NCBI GenBank assembly: GCA_045636465.1
Contig: JAZTXP010000044.1
Coordinates: forward strand, 628-64,627
DNA from: Eubacteriales bacterium
Lineage (GTDB): Bacteria; Bacillota; Clostridia; Oscillospirales; CAG-272
Direction: 5' to 3'
DNA: 64,000 nucleotides
The notes under the pieces were generated by a model that saw nothing but the letters and a program-made list of their open reading frames with translations, was not told where the DNA came from and searched no databases. The position numbers and the translations under genes are program-made. Below, in pieces: positions 32,801-44,046 of the stretch (the stretch's first letter is position 1; each line of letters opens with the position of its first letter).

Positions 32801-35269
32801 TTAAATCTTTATCTTATTTATAGGAATTGCGTGCCAGATCTCGTCTGCATATTTGTTGATGCTGTTATCGGATGCAAACACACCGCTGGTAGCAGTATTC
32901 ATAAGCGACATTCTGGACCAACGCTCGGTATCTGCGTAGTCAAGAAGCGCGCGTCTGTATGTGTTATAGTATGCATCGAAATCAGCAAGACACATATAAG
33001 GATCGGCAACGCCGTATCCTCCACCGATGAGGTAGTCCGCAATGTGAGCAAAATTCTGTCCTCCGATAGGAGAATAGAATCTGTCGATAACTCTACGCAG
33101 TCTTTCTGATCTGTGGCAGTAATCTCTGGCGATGTATCCGTTTCTCCAAAGCTCCTCGGCTTCGTTGGTATTGAGACCGAAGATGTAGATGTTATCCTTA
33201 CCGCATGCTTCAAGAATCTCAACGTTAGCGCCGTCAAGAGTACCCATGGTAATAGCGCCGTTCATCATAAGCTTCATACAGCCTGTTCCGCTGGCTTCCT
33301 TACCTGCAAGAGAGATCTGCTCGGAAATATCTGCCGAAGGAATGAGATTTTCCGCAACTGTTACGTTATATTCTTCCATAAATACGATCTTGAGCCTATC
33401 TCTGGTGAGAGGATTGGATTCTAGCTCCTTTGCGAGGAACCATATGAGCTTGATAATCTTCTTTGCCATTACATATCCGGGAGCGGCCTTACATCCAAAG
33501 ATAAAGGTCTGGGGAGGAATGTTGCAGTTAGGATTATCAATGATATCATTGTAAAGGGCGATGATCTTCAGAACGTTCAGAAGCTGACGTTTATACTCAT
33601 GCATTCTCTTTATCTGCACGTCGAATACAGAGCTTGTATCAATTCTCTTGCCTGTTCTGTTATAAGCATAATAAGCAAAGTGCTCTTTATTATGATGCTT
33701 GATATCCTTGATCTTCTCGAGCACCGTAAGATCGTCCTTGTAATCTACCAGCTTGATAAGATGAGATGCATCTTCCCTAAATTCGCTGCCGATAAGATCG
33801 TCGAGCAACGAAGCAAGGGCAGGGTTGGAATTATTAAGCCATCTGCGATGCACAACGCCGTTAGTTACGTTCGTGAATTTCCAGGGGGTCATCTTATAGA
33901 AGTCCTTAAATATAGTCTTCTTAAGAATATCGCTGTGAAGCTTGGAAACTCCGTTTACGGTATGAGAACCAACGATGGAGAGGTTAGCCATTCTAACCTG
34001 GTTGTATGCAACGATAGACATACGGGAAATTCTGTCCCAATCTCCGGGATAAAGCTTCCAGAGATCTGCTGTAAATCTGCGGTTGATCTCGTTTACTATC
34101 ATGAAGATTCGGGGGAGCTTCATACTGAAGAGGTCAACTCTCCAGCACTCCAGCGCCTCGGGAAGAACCGTATGGTTAGTGTAGGATACGGTCCTGCAAA
34201 CGATCGCCCAGGCATCATCCCAGGAATATGAATATACGTCCATAAGGATTCGCATAAGCTCAGGGATGCAAAGCGCAGGGTGAGTATCATTGATATGGAT
34301 CGCTACCTTATCTTCAAATCCCTTGAGAGATCCGTGCTCAGAGAGATAATCGTTAATGATGCTCTGCAGAGATGCGGAAACAAGGAAATACTGCTGTGTA
34401 AGTCTTAATAGCTTACCCTCGTCATAGTTATCCGGCGGATAAAGCTGCTTTGTTATAGACTCCGCCAAAATACTGTCGGAGAGCTTCTTGAAGTAGTTGG
34501 ACTGAGTTGAGAAGGTAGAGATAGAGGGAGATGTTTCTCTCGCTCTCCAGAGTCTGATGTAGTTTACAGAGTCGGTGGTTGTTCCGGGGATCATAAGATC
34601 GTAAGGAACGGCATTTACCTCATCGTATTCGTAATTAGCGACAGTATATCTGCCATTCTCCCACTTCTCTTCTATACGGCCGCCAAAGCGCACGTTGATG
34701 CTCTTATCATTTCTTGGAACGAGCCAAACGCCGCCGCTTGCAAGCCATTCGTCTGTAAGCTCAACCTGTTCACCATCAACGATTTTTTGCTTGAACAATC
34801 CGTTTTCATAAAGAAGTGAGTATCCGCTGGCATAATAATCCTGTGCGGTGAGAGAATCCATAAAGCAAGCGGCAAGTCTTCCAAGACCACCGTTGCCAAG
34901 GCCGGGATCTACTTCACATTCATAAATTTTTTCAAATGAAGTTCCATAGGTTTTAAGTATTTCGCAAAGATCATCGTAGATTCCAAGATTTTTGGTATCG
35001 TTCTTCAGAGAACGTCCTACAAGGAATTCCATGCAAAGATAGCAGATCTTTTTGCCGTCCGTTGCCTTGATTCGCTTTTTGAATTTCGATCTGTACTCAA
35101 GCATTAGCTCCTTTATGATTGAAACGGTTGCCTGATATATTTGATCATTGGTTGCAGATGCAGGATTTGCGATTCCGCGAGTAAGAAGCTTAGACTCTAT
35201 TCTTTCGGCAAGCTCTTCTTTGCTGATGATCGTTTTAAGTCCTGACGTGGTTGAGTTTTGATTTATCAT
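32801..35269 (-). CDS. glgP: Glycogen/starch phosphorylase
   Basis: An 822-aa GT35 protein with the PLP-lysine region EASGTGCMKLMMNGA. Confidence 0.9.
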   Translation of the reverse strand: MINQNSTTSGLKTIISKEELAERIESKLLTRGIANPASATNDQIYQATVSIIKELMLEYRSKFKKRIKATDGKKICYLCMEFLVGRSLKNDTKNLGIYDDLCEILKTYGTSFEKIYECEVDPGLGNGGLGRLAACFMDSLTAQDYYASGYSLLYENGLFKQKIVDGEQVELTDEWLASGGVWLVPRNDKSINVRFGGRIEEKWENGRYTVANYEYDEVNAVPYDLMIPGTTTDSVNYIRLWRARETSPSISTFSTQSNYFKKLSDSILAESITKQLYPPDNYDEGKLLRLTQQYFLVSASLQSIINDYLSEHGSLKGFEDKVAIHINDTHPALCIPELMRILMDVYSYSWDDAWAIVCRTVSYTNHTVLPEALECWRVDLFSMKLPRIFMIVNEINRRFTADLWKLYPGDWDRISRMSIVAYNQVRMANLSIVGSHTVNGVSKLHSDILKKTIFKDFYKMTPWKFTNVTNGVVHRRWLNNSNPALASLLDDLIGSEFREDASHLIKLVDYKDDLTVLEKIKDIKHHNKEHFAYYAYNRTGKRIDTSSVFDVQIKRMHEYKRQLLNVLKIIALYNDIIDNPNCNIPPQTFIFGCKAAPGYVMAKKIIKLIWFLAKELESNPLTRDRLKIVFMEEYNVTVAENLIPSADISEQISLAGKEASGTGCMKLMMNGAITMGTLDGANVEILEACGKDNIYIFGLNTNEAEELWRNGYIARDYCHRSERLRRVIDRFYSPIGGQNFAHIADYLIGGGYGVADPYMCLADFDAYYNTYRRALLDYADTERWSRMSLMNTATSGVFASDNSINKYADEIWHAIPINKIKI

Positions 35270-35291
35270 CGGTTTAATTTCCTATTGTGTA

Positions 35292-36710
35292 TTATTGAGT
35301 TAATTTGTTGTAAATCTTGATATATTTTAAGGCAGAATTCTTCCAAGTGAAGTCCGACTTCTTAGCAGCAACTACAAGCTTTGCCCATTCCTTTTTATCT
35401 CTGTAAAGGCTTACGGCATTTTTGATGGAATAAAGAAGGTCGTGAGCATTGTAGTTATCGAATCTGAAGCCGTTTCCGCCTTCTGTGCCCCAAGGCTTGA
35501 TAGAGTCGTAAAGTCCGCCTACAGATCTTACGATCGGAACGGTTCCGTATGAGCAAGCGATCATCTGTGCAAGACCGCAGGGCTCGCTCTTGGAGGGCAT
35601 AACGAATATATCGGCAGATGCGTACATCTTCTTAGAGATAACGCGGTCGAACTTAATAAGAGCTGCGAGATTATTATGGCGCTCTGCCATTTCTGCAATT
35701 CTTATCTCATATTCCTTATCGCCTGTTCCGAGAATAGCAACCTGAACGTCCTCGCGAAGAACCTCCTCGAGAATATGGAGAACAAGGTCTATTCCCTTGC
35801 CTGCTGTAAGACGGGTGATCATGACAAGGAGAGGAACGTCGGGGCGAACCTCAAGTCCAAGCTCCTCCTGAAGTGCCTTTTTGTTGGCTGCCTTGCCGCT
35901 TTTTACTGTTCTTAAGTTGTATTTTTTTACTATATCACCGCCGGTTTCTGGAGAGAAATAATTATAGTCAATACCGTTGATTACGCCGGCGATCTTATAT
36001 TTTGCCGCCTTTATCATTGGCGAGAGACCGAATGAGAAGAAATCGTATTCCAGCTCATTTGCATAGTTCGGGCTTACGGTAGTGATATAATCGGATACTA
36101 CGATAGCGCCCTTCATAAGGTTAACGCATCCGTCATATTCGAGAACGCCCATATATTTTCCGTTGATACCGAATACATCGCCAAGAACATCATATCCAAA
36201 CTTTCCCTGGTATTCAATATTATGGATTGTAAATACTGTTTTTATACCGGAAAGGGCGGGATGCTCCGAAAATTCTGTTTTCAGATAAACAACGGTAAGA
36301 GCTGTCTGCCAGTCGTTTGCATGGAGAACATCGGGAACGTTGCCGCTCTGAAGCATAAATTCAATTACAGCCTTAGAGAAGAATGCAAAGCGCTCTGCAT
36401 CGTCCTGCTCGCCGTAAAGACGTCCTCTTGTGAAATATCTGTGGTTTTCTACAAAGTAGTAGGTTACGCCGTTATGGTCTATTTTGAAAACGGATGCACC
36501 AGTTTCTCTCCAGGAGAGCTTGAAGCTTATATCGATAACCTTTTCAAGCTTGCATCTATGCTCCTCCCTAACGGCATCGTAAAGGGGCATAATAACGCTA
36601 GCTTCAACTCCCTCCTCGCGTACTGATAAGGGAAGCGCGCCCATTACGTCGCCAAGTCCGCCGCTGGCGGCGAAGGGATTGGCTTCACTTGTTACGTAAA
36701 GTATTTTCAT
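35292..36710 (-). CDS. glgA: Glycogen synthase (ADP-glucose type)
   Basis: The N-terminal KILYVTSEANPFAASGGLGDV is diagnostic. Confidence 0.9.
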   Translation of the reverse strand: MKILYVTSEANPFAASGGLGDVMGALPLSVREEGVEASVIMPLYDAVREEHRCKLEKVIDISFKLSWRETGASVFKIDHNGVTYYFVENHRYFTRGRLYGEQDDAERFAFFSKAVIEFMLQSGNVPDVLHANDWQTALTVVYLKTEFSEHPALSGIKTVFTIHNIEYQGKFGYDVLGDVFGINGKYMGVLEYDGCVNLMKGAIVVSDYITTVSPNYANELEYDFFSFGLSPMIKAAKYKIAGVINGIDYNYFSPETGGDIVKKYNLRTVKSGKAANKKALQEELGLEVRPDVPLLVMITRLTAGKGIDLVLHILEEVLREDVQVAILGTGDKEYEIRIAEMAERHNNLAALIKFDRVISKKMYASADIFVMPSKSEPCGLAQMIACSYGTVPIVRSVGGLYDSIKPWGTEGGNGFRFDNYNAHDLLYSIKNAVSLYRDKKEWAKLVVAAKKSDFTWKNSALKYIKIYNKLTQ

Positions 36711-36729
36711 AATTTATTACCCTTACAAA

Positions 36730-37863
36730 TTATACTTTTCTGCCCTTTTGAACATAGAAAGGCATATTTTCATTACCGGAAAGTGTTACGCCGTCTGTGA
36801 TCTGAACGTCCTTGTCGGTAACGATGCAATTAAGATTAGCATTCTTGCCAACGGTAGTACCGTGGAAAAGAACCGAGTTCTTTACAACTGCGCCCTTTTC
36901 AATCTTAACATCTCTGAAGATGATAGAATTGATAACTGTACCCTCGATCTCGCACTCGTCAGCAATAAGAGAATTCTCTACGTGAGCCGCAGTTCTGTGA
37001 GCCGTAGGAGAGGAGTTATGAACTCTTGTGAAGATGGGGGCTTCTCTTTTCCAAAGAAGAGATTTTCTTGCTTCCTCGCTATGTGCAAGCTCCATAGAAT
37101 ACTTGTAGTAATCAAGGAAGCTGGATACGGAGGCTGCAAAGCCTGTGAAGTTATATACACCGTAGTGAGATGTTTTGCAATTCTGAAGAAGAATGCCGGT
37201 GAAGCTATTAAGATTATATGCTACCGCCTGCTCGATGAGTGTACGGAGATAATCCGTTCTCATAACGAATATACCAAGAGAAAGCTCGGGTACGCCTGCG
37301 CTGTACTTTGCGTTCATCGCCATATCGGTAACCTTGCCATCCTTGGAGGAAAGCATGAGTTTGGGAGTCTTGGAGGAGAAATCCTCGCCGATAGTTCTTG
37401 TAACTACTGTTACGGATGCTCCGGACTTCTCGTGAGTTCTTATAACGTCGGCGATATCAATATTAAGAGCTGTATCGGAGTCCATCATTACAACGTAATC
37501 TTCCTTGAACTCTCTGATATATTCCTTCATGCTCTTAAGAGCTTCCATGTGTGTAGAATACATCTTTGCTTCGTTCTGATTCATAGCTGTAAGGAAGGGG
37601 GAGATGAAGTTTACACCGTTTTCTCTGCGGGCAAGATCCCAGTCCTTACCGCTACCGATATGCTCAAGAAGCGAACGGTAGTTGTAGTTAGCGATAATGC
37701 TGATGTTTGAAATATTTGCATTTACCATATTGGAGAGGCAGAAATCGATAAGTCTGTATCTGCATGCGAAGGGGATCGCAGCGACTGTTCTGTCGCTTGT
37801 AAGTCTTGATAATGTGCTTGTGTTAAGACTGGAGAAAATAATACCTGCTGCACTGATAGCCAT
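36730..37863 (-). CDS. glgD: Glucose-1-phosphate adenylyltransferase, GlgD subunit
   Basis: A GlgC paralogue lacking the GGxGxRL motif, positioned after glgC as in Bacillus. C-terminal LbH repeats. Confidence 0.8.
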   Translation of the reverse strand: MAISAAGIIFSSLNTSTLSRLTSDRTVAAIPFACRYRLIDFCLSNMVNANISNISIIANYNYRSLLEHIGSGKDWDLARRENGVNFISPFLTAMNQNEAKMYSTHMEALKSMKEYIREFKEDYVVMMDSDTALNIDIADVIRTHEKSGASVTVVTRTIGEDFSSKTPKLMLSSKDGKVTDMAMNAKYSAGVPELSLGIFVMRTDYLRTLIEQAVAYNLNSFTGILLQNCKTSHYGVYNFTGFAASVSSFLDYYKYSMELAHSEEARKSLLWKREAPIFTRVHNSSPTAHRTAAHVENSLIADECEIEGTVINSIIFRDVKIEKGAVVKNSVLFHGTTVGKNANLNCIVTDKDVQITDGVTLSGNENMPFYVQKGRKV

Positions 37864-37877
37864 ATTTCACTACCTCC

Positions 37878-39035
37878 TTATATTTCCTTGGAAGCAGAAA
37901 CTACGCTTCCGTGTGCAATAACTGCTATGCTGTCCTTGCCGGCGCCGTCCTTACCAACGGTAACGCTCTCTTCAACAATGGAGTCAGCATCAATAATGGA
38001 TGTGAATACTCTAGCATCCTTTTTGACATGAACGTCATCCATGATAACGGAATCCTTAACTATAGCGCCCTCTTCAACTATTACGCCACCGGAAAGAACG
38101 GAGTTCTCTACCGTACCGTAAATTCTGCAGCCCTCGGAAACAAGAGAGTTGGTTATCTTGCTGTTAGGACCAAGATACTGAGGAGCGCGAGCATTGTTTT
38201 TGGAATAGATCTTGAAGTTCTTGTCAACGGGGTTGAGGATGGGATCATCGCCTATAAGGTCCATATTAGCTTCCCAAAGAGAAGAAATAGTTCCAACGTC
38301 CTTCCAATAACCTTCAAATCTATAGGAGAAGAGCTTTTCTCCGTTGTTAAGGAAGTTGGGGATGATGTTCTTACCAAAGTCATTGGAGGACTTAGGATCT
38401 GCCTCATCGTCCTCAAGATATTTGATGAGAAGCTTGGTATTGAAGATATAAATACCCATAGATGCCTGGTTATTCTTAGGCTGCTTTGGCTTCTCTTCAA
38501 ATTCATAAATAGAGCCGTCGGGATTGGTGTTACAGATACCGAATCTGCTCGCCTCCTCCATGGGAACGGTTATCGTTGCAACAGTGCAAGCTGCACCTGT
38601 AGCCTTATGAGCATCGAGCATCTTTCTGTAATCCATACGGTATATATGGTCACCCGAAAGGATGAGCACGTAATCGGGATCATACTGCTTAATAAAGTTT
38701 ATGTTCTGGTAAATAGCATTAGCTGTGCCCTTGTACCAATCAGAGCTTTTGCTTCCCTGATAAGGAGGAAGAACTGAAAGGCCGCCTCTCATGCGGTCGA
38801 GATCCCAAGGAGCGCCGTTGCAAACATATTCGTTAAGCGCTAAGGGCTGATACTGTGTGAGAACACCTACGGTATCAATACCGGAATTGATGCAGTTTGA
38901 GAGAGGGAAATCGATGATTTTGTACTTACCTCCAAAGGAAACTGCGGGTTTTGCGATTTTCTTGGTTAAGTCGTATAAGCGGGAGCCCTGTCCACCGGCA
39001 AGAAGCATCGCTATACATTCTTTTTTACAATACAT
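37878..39035 (-). CDS. glgC: Glucose-1-phosphate adenylyltransferase
   Basis: [10 protein letters not shown] motif, an NTP-transferase fold and LbH repeats. Confidence 0.9.
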   Translation of the reverse strand: MYCKKECIAMLLAGGQGSRLYDLTKKIAKPAVSFGGKYKIIDFPLSNCINSGIDTVGVLTQYQPLALNEYVCNGAPWDLDRMRGGLSVLPPYQGSKSSDWYKGTANAIYQNINFIKQYDPDYVLILSGDHIYRMDYRKMLDAHKATGAACTVATITVPMEEASRFGICNTNPDGSIYEFEEKPKQPKNNQASMGIYIFNTKLLIKYLEDDEADPKSSNDFGKNIIPNFLNNGEKLFSYRFEGYWKDVGTISSLWEANMDLIGDDPILNPVDKNFKIYSKNNARAPQYLGPNSKITNSLVSEGCRIYGTVENSVLSGGVIVEEGAIVKDSVIMDDVHVKKDARVFTSIIDADSIVEESVTVGKDGAGKDSIAVIAHGSVVSASKEI

Positions 39036-39057
39036 GGCCTGTCTCTCCTTTTATATA

Positions 39058-40887
39058 TTAATAATTAATTTGTTTGATAATGATTCCGCTGTATTTTGCC
39101 ATTGTGATATTAGCAAAATAACAATTGTCTGAGTGATAAATATCTATATTTCTTCCGCCGACAAGGTTGCCGGTGTCAAATATAACTTGATAAGTGCCGT
39201 TCGAATCTGCGGGAACGGTAACCGCTTGATCTGTGCCAGAAAAGTTGAGAATGACTGCGATCTCACTGCCACACAATGATCTTCTCTTGAATGCAACCAG
39301 ATTTTTCTCTGCTTCGTCGGGATATAGCCAGGAAAATCCATCTTCCCTGAAATCAATTTGCCATAGCTCCGGTGTCTGCAAATAAAAGTGATTAAGTGCG
39401 GACGTGTAGTTCTTGAAATCGCTGTGTTTTGGAAATTTCAGCATAAACCATTCAAGCTCATGATCATAGTCCCATTCTCTGAACTGCGCAAACTCAGTTC
39501 CCATGAATAAAAGCTTCTTTCCGGGATAGGTCATCATAAGCATAAGTGACAGCCGCGCCATAGCTAGCTTGTCCTCAAGGCTTCCGTACATTTTGTCCGT
39601 AAATGATCGTTTTCCACGTGAAACATCATCGTGGGAAATAGGCAAGCAATACCGCTCGTTAAATGCATAGACGAGAGGGAAATTCAAAGCGCTATGCTTA
39701 TATTTTCGGAAAACGGGATCTGTAGCAACATAATCGTAAAAATCGTGAGCCCAGCCCATATTCCATTTCATACTGAAGCCGAGACCTCCCTCGCAGATTG
39801 GTGCAGTTATTCCATTGTAAGCAGTGGATTCTTCTGCTATGATCATTACGTCGGGAAATTCCTCAGAGATGGCAAGATTCAATTTTTTGAAGAACTTTAT
39901 ACCGTCGAGATTTTCTTTTTCTTCACCTCTTAGATATAGCATAGACGAAACTGCATCAACTCGTAATCCGTCGATATGAAATTCTCTCAAAAAATACAGA
40001 GCATTGGAAATGAGGAAGGACTGTACCTCAGGCTTTGAAATATCGAAAAGACTTGTTTCCCAATAGGACGCTTCCCTTTTATCCGAATCTGTATATTCGT
40101 ATAGATAGCTTCCGTCAAATCTTGAAAGCCCCCAGTCATCCTCCGGAAAATGCGCGCAAACCCAATCAAGAATTACGCCTATTCCTGCGGAGTGTAATGC
40201 ATCAATGAGATGCCTGAATTCATCGGGATCGCCAAATCTTGAGGTCGGCGCAAAAAATCCGCAAGCCTGATATCCCCAAGAGCCGTCATACGGATACTCC
40301 TGGATCGGTAAAAATTCTACATGGGTATACCCCATCTCCTTAAGGTATGAAGGGAGAATTTCTGCAAGCTGAGTGTAAGAATAGTATTTGTTGTCAAAAT
40401 GTCGTATAAAGCTGCCAAGGTGAATTTCGTAAATGTTGATTGGGACGGATAAATATTCTCTATCTCCAAACAATTTCTGCCGTCTTTGGGTAAGCCATGC
40501 CTCATCAGACCAAGCAAAGCGCCTTTCTGCAAAGATCAATGAAGCACCATCCCATCCGCCTCTTGAAAAAGCGGCATAGGGATCTCCTTTATCGAAAACA
40601 CTGACGCCGGTGAAAATTCTGAATTTATATGACTTTCTCTCTAAGGAATAATTAGATTTGTAGATTAACTCAAAAACTCCGTTTTGAGTGACTCTGGTCA
40701 TATACACAGGGTGTTCCCATCCCGAAAAATCCGAAATAAGCCCTACTGCATGCGCATTCGGCGCCCATGCGCGAAACGTGTATGTATAGATCCCATCTGA
40801 TATGTCAAGGTTAACACCGAGGTATTCATATGAGCGATAATTAGTTCCTTCGTGAAACAGATACGAAGGATAGCTTATATCTGTCAT
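39058..40887 (-). CDS. glgB: 1,4-alpha-glucan branching enzyme
   Basis: GH13 motifs (DWVCAHF, GLRVDAV, IAEEST). GGGAGGTG RBS before the ATG at 40887, so the GTG at 40911 was rejected. Confidence 0.9.
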   Translation of the reverse strand: MTDISYPSYLFHEGTNYRSYEYLGVNLDISDGIYTYTFRAWAPNAHAVGLISDFSGWEHPVYMTRVTQNGVFELIYKSNYSLERKSYKFRIFTGVSVFDKGDPYAAFSRGGWDGASLIFAERRFAWSDEAWLTQRRQKLFGDREYLSVPINIYEIHLGSFIRHFDNKYYSYTQLAEILPSYLKEMGYTHVEFLPIQEYPYDGSWGYQACGFFAPTSRFGDPDEFRHLIDALHSAGIGVILDWVCAHFPEDDWGLSRFDGSYLYEYTDSDKREASYWETSLFDISKPEVQSFLISNALYFLREFHIDGLRVDAVSSMLYLRGEEKENLDGIKFFKKLNLAISEEFPDVMIIAEESTAYNGITAPICEGGLGFSMKWNMGWAHDFYDYVATDPVFRKYKHSALNFPLVYAFNERYCLPISHDDVSRGKRSFTDKMYGSLEDKLAMARLSLMLMMTYPGKKLLFMGTEFAQFREWDYDHELEWFMLKFPKHSDFKNYTSALNHFYLQTPELWQIDFREDGFSWLYPDEAEKNLVAFKRRSLCGSEIAVILNFSGTDQAVTVPADSNGTYQVIFDTGNLVGGRNIDIYHSDNCYFANITMAKYSGIIIKQINY

Positions 40888-40943
40888 ATTACACCTCCCG
40901 AATAATGTCACCTTAAATATTATAATACTAATATTTTATTTTG

Positions 40944-41441
40944 TCAAGGGGGGCGATGACCATTTATTTGAGCATTTTTCGTACTTTTTCTCAACATTGC
41001 TTTCTTTTTTGTTTCTCTAACCGCTTTTTCGAGTAATTTCCACATACCAAAGCAAATCTTATAAGCGTAACCTAAAATCATAACATGCAATTTACTTATT
41101 ACGAATTTGTCGACTATTCTAAAACTGAAAATTGATAACAGTAAGGGATACAGTCTAAGATTTCCGTCAAGGGTAGCATATGAGAAAATCGAAAAACCGA
41201 TGCCGAAAATCAGTATTCCAAATGCAGTATAGATCGGAGACTTCCATTCAGAGGATGACTGCGCAACGTCCACTTTTTTATCTGTCATACACCCTTGCTT
41301 TTTGGCAGTAAAACCGAAGAACGGAATTTTGATTAAATCAAAGAAAAGCGATACCAAACCTGCAATTACTGAAAAATACACCCCATATAATAAGGCAGAA
41401 ATTATAACAGTCAACGTACTAAGTATGCCGTGATTTACCAT
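40944..41441 (-). CDS. yabQ: Spore cortex biosynthesis protein YabQ-like membrane protein
   Basis: Multi-TM protein immediately downstream of yabP and overlapping it. Conserved synteny. Confidence 0.6.
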   Translation of the reverse strand: MVNHGILSTLTVIISALLYGVYFSVIAGLVSLFFDLIKIPFFGFTAKKQGCMTDKKVDVAQSSSEWKSPIYTAFGILIFGIGFSIFSYATLDGNLRLYPLLLSIFSFRIVDKFVISKLHVMILGYAYKICFGMWKLLEKAVRETKKKAMLRKSTKNAQINGHRPP

Positions 41442-41704
41442 TTGAAAAGCTTCTTAAGTGCGGTTTCTCCCTTTTTCTCTTCCGACAGGAATACCCCTTT
41501 GCATTTACCGTTTATACATATTTCTCCGCCATCCTTCGTCAGGCTTTCAATCTTCATGCCCTCGCCTTCTATGACCACTCTGCCAAAATCACACGAGAGG
41601 ATCACACATCTCTCATCAAATCCTACGATATGATCGACGCCGTTTAGAGTGACAGTCTCGCAGTTCATAATTGATATAAGTCTTTCTTTCTTCTTTTCTT
41701 CCAT
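41435..41704 (-). CDS. yabP: Sporulation protein YabP
   Basis: VTLNGVDHIVGFDERCVILSCDFGRVVIEGEGMKIESL matches the YabP family pattern. Confidence 0.8.
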   Translation of the reverse strand: MEEKKKERLISIMNCETVTLNGVDHIVGFDERCVILSCDFGRVVIEGEGMKIESLTKDGGEICINGKCKGVFLSEEKKGETALKKLFKW

Positions 41705-41761
41705 ATACCCTCCATAAAAAACGCATACTCCTAGTTCAAGAGTATGCGCAAAATTATTTTT

Positions 41762-42016
41762 TTATGAATTGGTTTCTGCTATGACCTCATACATACCGAC
41801 AGCTTCGGTCTTTTTTGTTGTCTCTTTTATCTCCAAAACTCTTACGGTAACCGCTTTAGTACCAAAGGCTATTGTGATCTCATCGCCTATCTTAACGTTA
41901 TAAGATGCCTTCTGAACTTTGCCGTTTACCGTGATTCTTTCAGAATCGCACACCTCGTTAGCTACGGTGCGGCGCTTAATGAGCCTTGAGACCTTCAAAT
42001 ATTTATCGAGCCTCAT
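41762..42016 (-). CDS. S4-domain RNA-binding protein (YabO/Hsp15-like)
   Basis: [19 protein letters not shown]...V.VNGK is the S4 motif. Confidence 0.8.
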   Translation of the reverse strand: MRLDKYLKVSRLIKRRTVANEVCDSERITVNGKVQKASYNVKIGDEITIAFGTKAVTVRVLEIKETTKKTEAVGMYEVIAETNS

Positions 42017-42017
42017 A

Positions 42018-42293
42018 TTATCCGTTTATATGATCCTTGAGTGCCTGCGCAGATGTGAAGTGCGCCTTCTTGTGCGCATCGATTTTGATGGCTTCTCCGG
42101 TCTTGGGATTACGTCCGTCACGAGCTTCTACAGCCTTTGTCTCGAATGTTCCAAAGCCAAGAAGTTGAACCTTATCGCCCTCCTTAAGAGCATTGGATAC
42201 TGCTGCCAAGGTAGCATTGATAACAGCCTTAACATCCTTTTCGGAGAGGCTTGTTTCTGCCATTACAACATTTACAAGATCAGTTTTATTCAT
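42018..42293 (-). CDS. hup: HU-family DNA-binding protein
   Basis: MNKTDLV...[26 protein letters not shown] is a canonical HU sequence. Confidence 0.9.
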   Translation of the reverse strand: MNKTDLVNVVMAETSLSEKDVKAVINATLAAVSNALKEGDKVQLLGFGTFETKAVEARDGRNPKTGEAIKIDAHKKAHFTSAQALKDHING

Positions 42294-42419
42294 AGTAAAA
42301 TTCCTTTCGTGTGTTTTTGATACACTTAATTATAGCATTTTTCGAAACAAAATGCAATATATCTTTGAATTTACTTGATAAAAAGATTATTTTTAGCTAT
42401 TTTTCATAATTTCGAACCA

Positions 42420-43979
42420 TCATATTTGTGCATTTTGCTTCTTAAGGTAAGATTTCAGTTTTAAGTTCCCTTCAAGAGCATTAATTGCAATATATATCAT
42501 GATACTCAGAATAACCGATATCATGAATGCTATTATCCAATTCATCTTTGTGATTACGTAAGAATATAGCGGGTAAATCAGATATATTGAAATGAAGGAA
42601 TTAATAAGCGGTAAAAACGCCGGCTTAACGATTGACATAACAATTCCACGCTTTTTATAAGCAATTATCAAAGATGTTATTAGTGCCGAACCGTAAAATA
42701 TAAGCGTACTGATTGGCGCGCCCAGTATTCCAAATTCCCTATTGCCGATCAATACGTATCCCGAAATGATCTTGAATATTCCGCCCACAAGCATAGATAT
42801 CATAGGAACCTTTACATCTCCTATCGCCTCTAGTGTGCAGTTTGTTACAGTTAACGGTATAAGAAAAAAGATGGACAACATCAAATATATCAATAACCTG
42901 CTTCCAACAAACACGCCGCGATCGTCAAAAAGCAATAACAATATTTCTTCGGAATATATGCAAAGCCCAACGGTAAACGGTATAAAGATAAGGAATGAGA
43001 CATTTAGCTCCTCTTTCATAACATCCATGAGCTTATTCTTATCTGCTCTCGCCTTTATGAGGGATGGCATAAATGCTACGGTTATTGATGTGAATAATGA
43101 AATAACTGAATTGAAGATCGGCGTTGCGAAGGTGGTGTAATTACCGTACAAGGAGGTGGCAGCAGATGATGAATAGCCAAGTGAAATCAGCCTTCTCATA
43201 ACTATTCCTAAATCGATAATGTTGGTTATACTCATGATCATAGCACCCATAGCTATTGGAAGTGATATTTTTATTATTCGTGAAATTATCAACATTTTTT
43301 CATCAATAGTCGATTTCTGCCTGTTAATTTTATCTTTTTTTGAGGTTTTTGCTGAGATATGAAGATATAAAAGGCTGCAAAGGCTCCCCAAGGTAGTGCC
43401 AAGTATTGCGAAGGCAGAAACGATATTTAATGCGGCTTTAGCATAAGAAGAAACCATGGCAAGTATAAGGCCGAATATCAGTTTGCCTGCTCCTTCTATA
43501 ATTTGTGATAGCGCAACATGAACAAATCTTACCTTAGCACTGAAGTACCCTCTGAATACGCCGGATACGGCAGAAAATAGTATAGATGGCGCTATGAATA
43601 TCATTGAAACATACGCATTTAAGCTTCCGATCAATTTTGATATAGGCATAGATAAAAATGAAAATACTATGCTGAGGGATATGCCGACAATCACAAAAAA
43701 TGCTAATGCAGAGTTGATTATTTTCTGCTCTTCTTTTTTATCACCGTCCGCATCTGCACATAATAGCATAATAGCCTTTGGAACTCCTGCGGTACATAGC
43801 AAAAAGAAAAATGAATAGACTGTATATGCCGAGTTGAAGTATCCCATTCCCTCCTCGCCTAAAACGTGAGAAATCGGAACCTTGTATATTGCGCCCAGTA
43901 TTTTTACTATTATTGTAGCAATAGTTAACGATAGCGCGCCTTCCAGTACCTTGCTTTTTCCATTTGCATTATCTTGCAT
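42420..43979 (-). CDS. MOP-superfamily flippase (SpoVB/YabM/MurJ-like polysaccharide biosynthesis protein)
   Basis: A 519-aa polytopic membrane protein in the position held by yabM/spoVB-type genes. Confidence 0.65.
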   Translation of the reverse strand: MQDNANGKSKVLEGALSLTIATIIVKILGAIYKVPISHVLGEEGMGYFNSAYTVYSFFFLLCTAGVPKAIMLLCADADGDKKEEQKIINSALAFFVIVGISLSIVFSFLSMPISKLIGSLNAYVSMIFIAPSILFSAVSGVFRGYFSAKVRFVHVALSQIIEGAGKLIFGLILAMVSSYAKAALNIVSAFAILGTTLGSLCSLLYLHISAKTSKKDKINRQKSTIDEKMLIISRIIKISLPIAMGAMIMSITNIIDLGIVMRRLISLGYSSSAATSLYGNYTTFATPIFNSVISLFTSITVAFMPSLIKARADKNKLMDVMKEELNVSFLIFIPFTVGLCIYSEEILLLLFDDRGVFVGSRLLIYLMLSIFFLIPLTVTNCTLEAIGDVKVPMISMLVGGIFKIISGYVLIGNREFGILGAPISTLIFYGSALITSLIIAYKKRGIVMSIVKPAFLPLINSFISIYLIYPLYSYVITKMNWIIAFMISVILSIMIYIAINALEGNLKLKSYLKKQNAQI

Positions 43980-43992
43980 TATTAACCTCCAA

Positions 43993-44026
43993 ATTAAAAG
44001 ACTCGCTACATCTTATTAGCGAGTCT
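43993..44026 (-). terminator. Intrinsic terminator after hemZ
   Basis: 9-bp perfect stem agactcgct/agcgagtct followed by a T-run on the minus strand. Confidence 0.55.
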
Positions 44027-44046
44027 TTATTAATATAAATATTAAA